Assembly: GCA_964495145.1 (NCBI GenBank)
Contig: CAZBUP010000001.1
Location: 1-55,096, forward strand
DNA: 55,096 nt
Direction: 5' to 3'
DNA from: an uncultured Staphylococcaceae bacterium
Lineage (GTDB): Bacteria; Bacillota_I; Bacilli_A; RFN20; CAG-826
Positions 1 through 7,978 of the stretch are shown piece after piece (position 1 is the stretch's first letter; each line of letters begins with the position of its first letter). The notes beneath the pieces were generated by a model, which had not been told where the DNA came from, ran no database searches, and saw nothing but the letters and a program-made list of their open reading frames with translations. The translations under genes were made by a program, and so were the position numbers.

Positions 1-2
1 AC

Positions 3-1418
3 CCCGAATATGGAACCCTCGACGACATGAAACGCTTGATTGATGAAGCCGAGACCCGTCAGATAAAAATCATCATGGATCTCGTCATCAACCACACCTC
101 CGACGAACATGCTTGGTTCCAGCAAAGCCTTGATCCGGCCTCGCCTTATCACGATTACTACATTTGGCGGCCGGGCCGCATCAAAAACGGACGCGAATTG
201 CCTCCAAACAATTGGCAAAGCCAATTTACCGGCAGCGCTTGGACGAAGCACCCGGCGAATGGGCTTTACTATCTCCACCTATTCACCCCAAAGCAACCGG
301 ATTTGAATTACCGAAACGAGAAAGTCATCGAAGAAGTCGAACGGATGATGAAGTTTTGGCTCGATTTGGGCGTAGCCGGGTTTCGCTGCGACGTCATCAA
401 CATGATTTACAAAAGCTCGCTCGAGGACGGGAAACCCCGCATATTCCAAATCGGGCAGGAACATTACCTTTCCCAAAGCGGGAGCCATTCGATCCTCAAA
501 CGCTTCCATGACGACGTCTGGCAGCCCTATGGGGCCTATACCGTCGGGGAAACAGTGGGACTGGACGCCTTGACAGCCCAAAAGTACACCGACAATCAAT
601 TGGAAACCGTTTTTCAATTCGACCATACAAACGTCGATCAATGGCTTTTGCCGATTATCAGAATCAAGTACCGACCCGAAAAAATGGCCCGCACCTTGAG
701 AAAATGGCAGACGATTTTGCCATGGAATACCTTGTTCTTCGAGAATCATGACATGCCGCGATCGATATCGCGATTCGGAGATGCCAAGCGATACCGCGTC
801 GAAAGCGGCAAGATGCTGGCGACCTTGATCTTGACGTTGAGAGGCATTCCCTTCGTTTACCAAGGGGAGGAAATCGGCATGGTGAACACCCCGTTTCAAA
901 GCTTGGAGGAGATTAATGACGTGGCAAGCGTCAACGTCTACAAAATTCTTCGATCCTATCACATCGGTCATCGCCTGGCTTGGAAGATGGTCTTGGAATT
1001 CTGCCGCGATCACGCCCGAACTCCCGTCGCCTGGAACGACGGACCCCATGGCGGGTTTTCCTCAGTTGAACCATGGCTTCGCGATAACGGCCATGCCACC
1101 ACGATCTCCATCCAAGCGGCCCAGGCTGATCCGCAATCGATCTATCACTACTACCGCCAATTGATTCAATTCCGAAATCAAAGTAAAACGCTTCAAATCG
1201 CCATCATCCAATTCGATCGGAGCCCGCGCGAGGTTTTGTCATATCAACGGACATATCGCGAAGAAACGGTGTCGGTCGTCGCCAATTTGGGTGGCCGCGT
1301 CAAACGACTTCCTCAAAAAATCCAAGGGACGAAGTTATTCGGCAACTACCCGATGGCCGACGATTTCCAAGTTTCCCGGCTCGAACCGTATCAAGTCATA
1401 GTTTTTCGTTCCAAATGA
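3..1418 (+). CDS. GH13 alpha-glucosidase / oligo-1,6-glucosidase, 5'-truncated by the window edge
   Basis: The frame is open from base 3 (PEYGTLDD precedes the listed Met). GH13 conserved regions are present: DLVINHTSDEH, GFRCDVINM, YTVGE, FFENHDMPR. Confidence 0.85.
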   Translation, partial: PEYGTLDDMKRLIDEAETRQIKIIMDLVINHTSDEHAWFQQSLDPASPYHDYYIWRPGRIKNGRELPPNNWQSQFTGSAWTKHPANGLYYLHLFTPKQPDLNYRNEKVIEEVERMMKFWLDLGVAGFRCDVINMIYKSSLEDGKPRIFQIGQEHYLSQSGSHSILKRFHDDVWQPYGAYTVGETVGLDALTAQKYTDNQLETVFQFDHTNVDQWLLPIIRIKYRPEKMARTLRKWQTILPWNTLFFENHDMPRSISRFGDAKRYRVESGKMLATLILTLRGIPFVYQGEEIGMVNTPFQSLEEINDVASVNVYKILRSYHIGHRLAWKMVLEFCRDHARTPVAWNDGPHGGFSSVEPWLRDNGHATTISIQAAQADPQSIYHYYRQLIQFRNQSKTLQIAIIQFDRSPREVLSYQRTYREETVSVVANLGGRVKRLPQKIQGTKLFGNYPMADDFQVSRLEPYQVIVFRSK

Positions 1419-1446
1419 AGCTATTTCTTTATTATTAACGAGAAAA

Positions 1447-1455
1447 TGATATAAT
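1447..1455 (+). promoter_or_regulatory. Extended -10 promoter element TGATATAAT upstream of pfk
   Basis: TGnTATAAT at 1447-1455, 32 nt upstream of the ATG at 1488, in a 69-nt AT-rich intergenic region. Confidence 0.5.
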
Positions 1456-1487
1456 TATCCCGTATTTTTGTTTGAAAGAGAACCTCT

Positions 1488-2687
1488 ATGAAATCATTGC
1501 TGTACTTCCAATCCGGCGGTCCCACTCCCGTCATCAACACCTCGTTATTCGGCGTCATCAAGGAAGCGAAACTCCATTCGACGATTGACGGCATCTACGG
1601 GAGCCTTTTCGGCATCGAAGGGGTCATCAACGACAACTTGATTGATTTGAGGCAAGAAGACGATGAGCAAATCGAGCTATTAAAACAAACGCCGGGCGCC
1701 ATTCTCGGCACCACCCGTTATAAGCTGAGCGACGACCTCGGGCATCCCGATTATTTCAAAATCCTCATGACCCTCAAAAAGCACAACATCGGATATTTGC
1801 TCGTGAACGGCGGCAACGACTCAATGGACACCTGCCACAAATTATCGCAATTCATGCGAAAAGCCGATTATGAATGCGCCGTCATTGGCATCCCGAAGAC
1901 CATCGATAATGACCTCAGTTATACCGACCACTGCTTGGGCTATCCTAGCGCGGCCAAATATGTCGTCCAGACGCTCCAAGACATCGCCATCGACAACACC
2001 TGCTATAACAAAGGTAAAGTCGCCATCGTCGAAGTGATGGGCCGTAACGCCGGCTGGCTCACGGCCGCCGCGGCTTTATTGGAAGGCGACATCAAGCCCG
2101 ATCGGATCTATTTGCCTGAAGAAAGCTTCCATCTTGAGAAGTTTCTCGACGAGATCAAGTCCATCTATGCCGAAAAGAAAAAAGCGTTCATCGTCATCTC
2201 CGAAGGCGTTGCCCCGTTTTTATCTTCGGCCTTTGCGACCGTCGATTCGTTCAACCACGCCCAATTGGGCGGCATCGCCAACATCCTCGGCGACCAAATC
2301 AAAGACAAACTCGGTTTTCCAGTTCGAGCCATCGAATTCAGTTTGATGCAACGGGCGGCGGCCGCATTCATCAGCCAAGTCGACCGTGAGGAAGCCTTAC
2401 GTATTTCCAGAGTTGCGGTCCGGGCCGTGGTCAAAGGCAAAACCAACGCCATGGTCATCATCGACCGAGTGCCCGGTCCCACATACAAAGTCCGTTATTT
2501 ATTGAAAAACCTGCGCCACATCGCCAACGTCGAGCGCAAGATGAGCGCCGAATTGATTAAAGACGTCCATGGCGAGGGCCATCTGATGAAGGCATATCTC
2601 CATCCGTTGATCGACGGCAGCGTGAAATTCATCCAAAAGAACGGGATTATCGCCTTCGCCAAACTCAAGAAAGTAAAAATATCATAA
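1488..2687 (+). CDS. pfk: 6-phosphofructokinase, PfkA family, probably pyrophosphate-dependent type
   Basis: PfkA motifs SGGPTPVIN, GGNDS, IGIPKTIDNDL and MGRNAGWL. The Asp and Lys at the positions equivalent to E. coli PfkA G104 and G124 are PPi-type residues. Confidence 0.85.
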   Translation: MKSLLYFQSGGPTPVINTSLFGVIKEAKLHSTIDGIYGSLFGIEGVINDNLIDLRQEDDEQIELLKQTPGAILGTTRYKLSDDLGHPDYFKILMTLKKHNIGYLLVNGGNDSMDTCHKLSQFMRKADYECAVIGIPKTIDNDLSYTDHCLGYPSAAKYVVQTLQDIAIDNTCYNKGKVAIVEVMGRNAGWLTAAAALLEGDIKPDRIYLPEESFHLEKFLDEIKSIYAEKKKAFIVISEGVAPFLSSAFATVDSFNHAQLGGIANILGDQIKDKLGFPVRAIEFSLMQRAAAAFISQVDREEALRISRVAVRAVVKGKTNAMVIIDRVPGPTYKVRYLLKNLRHIANVERKMSAELIKDVHGEGHLMKAYLHPLIDGSVKFIQKNGIIAFAKLKKVKIS

Positions 2688-2718
2688 AAAAAGTGCCGTG
2701 ATGAACGCGGCACTTTTT
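2688..2718. terminator. Bidirectional intrinsic terminator between convergent genes
   Basis: Stem GTGCCG (2693-2698) pairs with CGGCAC (2708-2713). It is flanked by an A-run upstream and TTTTT at 2714-2718. Confidence 0.75.
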
Positions 2719-2738
2719 GTTTACCGAAACGGAAACGA

Positions 2739-2975
2739 TTAGTCGACGAGGACGGTTGGCTTCTTGTTGAGGATAATCGTCACTAAGTCGATGATCCAGA
2801 AAATGGCGGCCCCGGCGAAAATCCAGATGGCTCCGACCACGATCAAGAGGGTGTTTTTCTTGTCGAGGCCTTTAAGCAGCCGGTAGATGCCCCAAAGGAA
2901 ATCTAGACCCGGTAAGGCAAAAATAATCTTGAGGATGAATGGCAGATCGTCGAATGTCTTGATGAATGATTTCAT
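2739..2975 (-). CDS. Small two-TM membrane protein, unknown function (78 aa)
   Basis: Two hydrophobic segments, SD AAGGAGAAAG upstream of the ATG, and its own promoter-like element. Confidence 0.65.
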   Translation of the reverse strand: MKSFIKTFDDLPFILKIIFALPGLDFLWGIYRLLKGLDKKNTLLIVVGAIWIFAGAAIFWIIDLVTIILNKKPTVLVD

Positions 2976-3002
2976 ATGCTTTCTCCTTTTTGATATACAA
3001 AC

Positions 3003-3011
3003 ATTATAACA
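3003..3011 (-). promoter_or_regulatory. Extended -10 element (TGTTATAAT on the minus strand) for the small membrane gene
   Basis: The reverse complement of 3003-3011 reads TGTTATAAT. A possible -35 TTACCA lies 16 nt upstream. Confidence 0.45.
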
Positions 3012-3060
3012 TCGCTTCTTTTGATGGTAAGTCCTTTGGCTTTAGAAATTGAAAAAAATT

Positions 3061-4437
3061 TTATTTGAGGAACCATTTGACCAGGCGAGTTTTGAGCGGC
3101 GTATAAGGCTGATACCGGATGGCCACGTCGGGATGATTGGATTTCTTGAGGATGCTCTTGAAGTGGGAAAAGGTCTTGAACCCTTCATAGCCATGGTAGC
3201 TGCCCATGCCGGAGTTGCCGACGCCTCCAAAGGGCATTTCGGTCGTGGCGATGTGGACGATCGTGTCGTTGACGCAGCCGCCCCCGAACGCAACGTGGTT
3301 CAGTATTTCCTTTTCGCGAACGTCGTCCTTGGTGAATAAATACAATGCCAGCGGGGTCGGATGCTTATCGATGATAGATACGATGTCTTCGGTGTTTTCG
3401 AACGTTAGGATGGGAAGGATCGGGCCAAAAATCTCTTCGTTCATGGCCGGAGAATCCAACGTGGCATCGGATAGAATCGTCGGCTCGATTTTCAATTGAT
3501 CAGGCAGCGTCTTGCCTCCGTACGCCAATGGTTCATTAGCGATCAAGTTGGTTAACCGCTCAAAGTGCTTTTTATTGATGATTTTGCCGAAACGTCCGGC
3601 CTTGAGAGGATCCGATCCGTATTGGCGTTTGATTTCGGCAATCAGCAAGTCGATGAATTGATGCTTGATGAGTTTGTGGACGATGACGTAATCCGGGGCG
3701 ATGCACGTTTGCCCGCAATTGATGAGTTTGCCAAACACGATGCGTCGGGCTGCCATCGGCAAATCGGCCGTCATGTCGACGATGGCCGGGGATTTTCCGC
3801 CCAGCTCGAGGGTAACCGGTGTCAAATTGGCGGCGGCTTTTTCCATGACTAGGCGCCCGACGCTGGTCGAACCGGTAAAGAAGATGTAGTCAAACTTTTG
3901 ATCAAGCAGGGTCTTGTTCTCGTCCCGGCCGCCCAATACGACCGCGACATAAGCCGGATCAAAGGTGGCCTCAATTAATTTCTTGATGACGACGCCGGTC
4001 GCTTCAGAATACGATCCCGGCTTGATGATGACGGTATTTCCGGCCGCCAGGGCATCGATGGTGGGCACGATGGACAAGAGAAACGGGTAATTCCACGGGC
4101 TCATGATCAAAACGTTTCCATAAGGTACCGGCCGTCGAAAACTGCGGCCGTGGAAGTGCACGAGGGGCGTCTTGACACGGTGGTCGCGGCTGAATTTCTT
4201 AAGGTGACGCAGCATATAACGCAATTCTTCGTAGGTCATGCCGATTTCGGTCAAATAGGCTTCTTCGCCCGATTTCCCCAAATCGATGCGCAAAGCGTCG
4301 GCGATATCGCGTTCCATGACCTTGATATTCGTTAACAGTTTGTTTAAAGCTTCGAGCCGGTAATTCACGTCATAGGTGACTTTGGTCTTGAAGAATTCCT
4401 GTTGCCGTACTATTAAATTCTGTATTTCCATATCCAT
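3061..4437 (-). CDS. NAD(P)-dependent aldehyde dehydrogenase, class-3-like (YwdH-type)
   Basis: ALDH motifs ELGGKSP and the catalytic-Cys region GQTCIAPDY, with length about 458 aa. The start is uncertain: the ATG at 4452 lies inside a TATAAT box, and the ATGs at 4437 and 4431 follow SD AAGGA. Confidence 0.85.
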   Translation of the reverse strand: MDMEIQNLIVRQQEFFKTKVTYDVNYRLEALNKLLTNIKVMERDIADALRIDLGKSGEEAYLTEIGMTYEELRYMLRHLKKFSRDHRVKTPLVHFHGRSFRRPVPYGNVLIMSPWNYPFLLSIVPTIDALAAGNTVIIKPGSYSEATGVVIKKLIEATFDPAYVAVVLGGRDENKTLLDQKFDYIFFTGSTSVGRLVMEKAAANLTPVTLELGGKSPAIVDMTADLPMAARRIVFGKLINCGQTCIAPDYVIVHKLIKHQFIDLLIAEIKRQYGSDPLKAGRFGKIINKKHFERLTNLIANEPLAYGGKTLPDQLKIEPTILSDATLDSPAMNEEIFGPILPILTFENTEDIVSIIDKHPTPLALYLFTKDDVREKEILNHVAFGGGCVNDTIVHIATTEMPFGGVGNSGMGSYHGYEGFKTFSHFKSILKKSNHPDVAIRYQPYTPLKTRLVKWFLK

Positions 4438-4450
4438 TTTCCTTTTTGCC

Positions 4451-4459
4451 ATTATAGCA
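4451..4459 (-). promoter_or_regulatory. Extended -10 element (TGCTATAAT on the minus strand) for the aldehyde dehydrogenase
   Basis: The reverse complement of 4451-4459 is TGCTATAAT. It overlaps the first in-frame ATG of the ORF. Confidence 0.45.
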
Positions 4460-4482
4460 CTCCCAAGTAGAGGATTGCCTCA

Positions 4483-4491
4483 TGATATAAT
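4483..4491 (+). promoter_or_regulatory. Extended -10 element TGATATAAT for the patatin operon (leaderless geometry)
   Basis: TGATATAAT ends 6 nt before the ATG at 4498, and there is no SD in between. Confidence 0.5.
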
Positions 4492-4497
4492 GGACTC

Positions 4498-5802
4498 ATG
4501 GATTGGAAGAACCGGAACATCGGAATCGCTTTGGGGGGCGGGGGTTCGCTCGGATCTTATGAAATGGGCGTTTGGACCGCGCTACGCGAACTGAAAATCA
4601 CCCCGACGGTAATCACCGGAACCTCGATTGGCGCTTTGATCGGCGCCTTGATGGCCGCTGACAAGTACGAAGTCGGCATGTCGTTGTGGCGCGAGCTGAC
4701 CCCTGATAAAATCATGGTAGACGGCATGAACCTTGATTGGAACACCCTCAGGAAGACCTTTAGGGAAGACCGTAAGCGCATTTTGACCTTAACGACCAGC
4801 TACATTCGCCACCGAGGCGTGGATATCTCGCCGTTGATCGACATTATCAAATCCAATTTAAAGGCAGAAGACATCAAATCGTCAGCGACCCGTTTTGGGG
4901 TCGTGGCCGTTTCATTGCCTTTCTTCAAACAGTGCAACGTCGAATTGAACCGCGTCCCTGACGAAGAGGTGCATCAATGGCTTTTGGCCAGCAGCGCCAT
5001 TTGGCCGCTATTCCCGGTTCGGGGCATCAAGAAAAAGTATTACATCGACGGTGGCTATCGCGACACGGTCCCGATTAAGTTCGCCTTTGACTTGGGAGCC
5101 GAATCGGTCATCGCCGTCAATCTTTTCTATGGCGTCAGTTGGCATCCGATTCTCAATCGACGCGATAACGTCATCAATATCGAACCATCGTGGCCCCTCG
5201 GGCAGATGTTCAATTTTCAGCCGGACATCATCGCCCGCAACCGCGAACTCGGTTATAACGATGCCATGAAGAAATTCGGGCGTTATCAGGGCTTTCGCTA
5301 TACTTTCGCTGCCGATTCAACCGCTTCCGATTACGACGGGCGCCTCGAAAGCCTGCTAGACCACCAATTCAAGTCACTGAAACCGGCTATCGTCAGTTTG
5401 CTTAAGCGGCATACCGGAAAGAAACCTTTGACTGGAATCATGTTCTTGCGAGGGCTTGAAATATTGGCGGAGACCCTTAAAATTGATCCAACCCCGAGAC
5501 GGACCATCATCGGATTGGCCCGGGAATGCTATGGGCGGCTGCAACCGCACTTCGACAGTAAATCCGTCGTCGGATTGTTGAAAAAGATCCGTTCGGACAA
5601 GCAACTTTCATCAAAAGATGAAAAGACGGCCCTAGAAGCGATAAAATATATATTAGAACATCATTTTCATACCAATGAGGTGCAAACTTGGACTTCTAAG
5701 AAAGCCAAGCACGCCCTGGCCTACCTACTGCTCGTGATTATCCATCAAGACATCGTCAAGCCAACATCGCCACGCGCGACCATAACGGAGGCAGCAACAT
5801 GA
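4498..5802 (+). CDS. Patatin-like phospholipase (paralog 1) with an uncharacterised C-terminal domain of about 200 aa
   Basis: Gly-rich oxyanion motif GGGGSLG, GxSxG nucleophile GTSIG, and catalytic Asp in YIDGGY. Confidence 0.85.
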   Translation: MDWKNRNIGIALGGGGSLGSYEMGVWTALRELKITPTVITGTSIGALIGALMAADKYEVGMSLWRELTPDKIMVDGMNLDWNTLRKTFREDRKRILTLTTSYIRHRGVDISPLIDIIKSNLKAEDIKSSATRFGVVAVSLPFFKQCNVELNRVPDEEVHQWLLASSAIWPLFPVRGIKKKYYIDGGYRDTVPIKFAFDLGAESVIAVNLFYGVSWHPILNRRDNVINIEPSWPLGQMFNFQPDIIARNRELGYNDAMKKFGRYQGFRYTFAADSTASDYDGRLESLLDHQFKSLKPAIVSLLKRHTGKKPLTGIMFLRGLEILAETLKIDPTPRRTIIGLARECYGRLQPHFDSKSVVGLLKKIRSDKQLSSKDEKTALEAIKYILEHHFHTNEVQTWTSKKAKHALAYLLLVIIHQDIVKPTSPRATITEAAT

Positions 5803-7019
5803 AAATCGGCATCGCATTAGGGAGCGGCGGCTCCAAAGGAGCCTATCAAGTCGGATTTTTCCAAGCCTTGAAAGAACTGAACATGAAGTACCAAGTCATC
5901 ACCGGTGCCTCGATCGGCGCCCTAAACGGGGCCATCATGGCCAGTGCCGACTTGCCGCTATTAGAGAAACTTTGGCACAACCTGGAACTGAATAAGGTTA
6001 TGCGCCACGGCATCAACCTCGATTTGGATGAAATCGTCCGCAGCGACAAGAAAGAATTGTTGAAGTTCATCGCCTCCTACATCAAAAACCGCGGCATCGA
6101 CATCAGTCCGTTCAAAGCTTTATTACATGAGTATCTCGATCCCGACAAATTGATCAATTCGCCGATCGACTTTGCGGTGACCGTGGCCAGTTATCCCAAA
6201 CTGGTCGGCAAAGACGTCATCATTAAGCAATGCCGACGGGACGAAATCGGCGACTACCTGTTGGCGAGCGCCAGTTGCTATCCGGCCTTCCCAGTCACCA
6301 AAATCGGTTTGGAGCAATATATCGACGGGGCCTATCATGATCGACTCCCGATCGATTTGGCCTTTTCGCTCGGAGCCGAACACGTCATCGCCGTCGATTT
6401 GAACACGAACCAGTTCAGCCATCCCGAATACCTGGACGACAGCCGCGTGACCTACATTCGCAGCTATCACCATTTGGGTCCGTTCCTCCTCATTAAACGT
6501 GAAATCATGGCCCGCAACATGCGGTTGGGTTATTTGGATACCATGAAGAAATTCGGCAAGTACCTCGGATTCAAATATACCTTCAAAATCACGAGCGCCT
6601 TCGATGAAATCGCCAAACAAGCCATCGGGGCGGTCGAACGGTTGAACATCGCCGAATTCACCAATGCCCTGGAAGCGAAAATCCATGAAACGATGACCAC
6701 TCGGACGCGATATCTGCGCTTTTTGGAGATCATTGGCGAAGGTTTGGAGCTCGACCCGCTCAAGATATATGAAATACCGCAATTCACCCAAGAGATCGAA
6801 CAAGCCATCGTTTTGAACCAACATCACGAAAACTGGCTCAAGAAACGTCCGGGCGAGCAACAATTCTATTTGCAGAAACTTAAACCAGCCGCCCGTTTCG
6901 GCATGCTGCGCCAGATTGCCAAGTTGCGGCTGAAATTGCCCGAAGACACCATGACCATGTTGGCGACTTCCTTTCCGGAACTCGGTTACGCGGCGATTCA
7001 TTTCGGATTGATTAAATAA
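5799..7019 (+). CDS. Patatin-like phospholipase (paralog 2) with a homologous C-terminal domain
   Basis: GSGGSKG, GASIG and YIDGAY motifs. It aligns by eye with paralog 1 over the full length, and its start forms an ATGA overlap with the upstream stop. Confidence 0.85.
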   Translation: MKIGIALGSGGSKGAYQVGFFQALKELNMKYQVITGASIGALNGAIMASADLPLLEKLWHNLELNKVMRHGINLDLDEIVRSDKKELLKFIASYIKNRGIDISPFKALLHEYLDPDKLINSPIDFAVTVASYPKLVGKDVIIKQCRRDEIGDYLLASASCYPAFPVTKIGLEQYIDGAYHDRLPIDLAFSLGAEHVIAVDLNTNQFSHPEYLDDSRVTYIRSYHHLGPFLLIKREIMARNMRLGYLDTMKKFGKYLGFKYTFKITSAFDEIAKQAIGAVERLNIAEFTNALEAKIHETMTTRTRYLRFLEIIGEGLELDPLKIYEIPQFTQEIEQAIVLNQHHENWLKKRPGEQQFYLQKLKPAARFGMLRQIAKLRLKLPEDTMTMLATSFPELGYAAIHFGLIK

Positions 7020-7021
7020 CG

Positions 7022-7978
7022 ATGGCGAATATCACCGCTTACCGTCAAAATCGTTTCCGGTACCTGCTTTACTTCATTAAAAACGCCTGGTTCGTTTTGT
7101 TGTGGAAATTGTTCCGCCGCAAGAAGAACGTCCTTCGTTTTGCCGGCATCCCCAACATCACCCAGGAATTGGGCAACCAAACCCTCAAAGACCAGATTTT
7201 AAGCGGGAAACCGTTTGCCGCGATCCGGTTTGGAGCCACCGAATTGAGCTGCCTCAACAATTACGAGAAAATCCAATTGGGCTGGCGCCATACCTATAAG
7301 AAATCGGTTCGTTATTCCATGAAGAATAACGGGGGCTTTTTCCCGACCACGGATACCAATTTGAATTATTACTGCACCTATTACCTGCGGGAATTGCCCA
7401 AGACCGACATCCTGGGCATCTCCGGCATTCACATGGAAGATTATTTTTATAAAAAATACGTTCCCCATTCACGAATCATCCAATACAACAGCTTTGAACC
7501 TTTGATGGGCGATTGGACCCAGGCCCTAGCTGGTAAGCGGGTCCTGGTCGTTTCTCCGTTTGCCGAATTGATCGAAAAACAATACGCCCAACGCCAGTCG
7601 ATCATCCATAACGACCTGGTTTTACCAGAGTTCACCTTGATCACCGTGAACGCCGTCCAGACCATCGGCGATGCATACGACGAACGATTCCACAATTGGT
7701 TCGAAGCCCTTGACTATCTCAAGCTTGAGATTCTCAAACACGAATTCGACGTCGCCTTGATCGGCGCCGGCGCATTTGGGGCTCCGCTTTGCTGGTTCAT
7801 CAAAACCCGGGGCAAACAAGCGATACAAACCGGTGGGGCAACACAGTTGTTATTTGGTATAATGGGTAGAAGATGGGAAAAACGACCCCATGTCACCCGT
7901 TACGTCACCGCGGCGTGGACCCGTCCGGACACCAAACCCAAAGGGGCAGATAAAGTCGAAAACGGATGCTATTGGTAA
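7022..7978 (+). CDS. Putative glycosyltransferase, GT-D (DUF1792)-like fold
   Basis: AIRFGATE resembles the GT-D N-terminal RFGDGE motif, and there is a Rossmann-like IGAGAFGAPL...GKQAIQTGG segment. The gene starts 2 nt after the patatin-2 stop. The family call is from memory only. Confidence 0.4.
   Translation: MANITAYRQNRFRYLLYFIKNAWFVLLWKLFRRKKNVLRFAGIPNITQELGNQTLKDQILSGKPFAAIRFGATELSCLNNYEKIQLGWRHTYKKSVRYSMKNNGGFFPTTDTNLNYYCTYYLRELPKTDILGISGIHMEDYFYKKYVPHSRIIQYNSFEPLMGDWTQALAGKRVLVVSPFAELIEKQYAQRQSIIHNDLVLPEFTLITVNAVQTIGDAYDERFHNWFEALDYLKLEILKHEFDVALIGAGAFGAPLCWFIKTRGKQAIQTGGATQLLFGIMGRRWEKRPHVTRYVTAAWTRPDTKPKGADKVENGCYW

Noticed and set aside
4498-7019. I considered whether the patatin genes are effectors of an anti-phage system such as CBASS CapV-like.
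   Set aside because: No cyclase, sensor, nuclease, TIR, SMODS or SAVED-type partner lies nearby. The neighbours are glycan and lipid genes, and the proteins look like housekeeping RssA/YlbK-type patatins with an added C-terminal domain.
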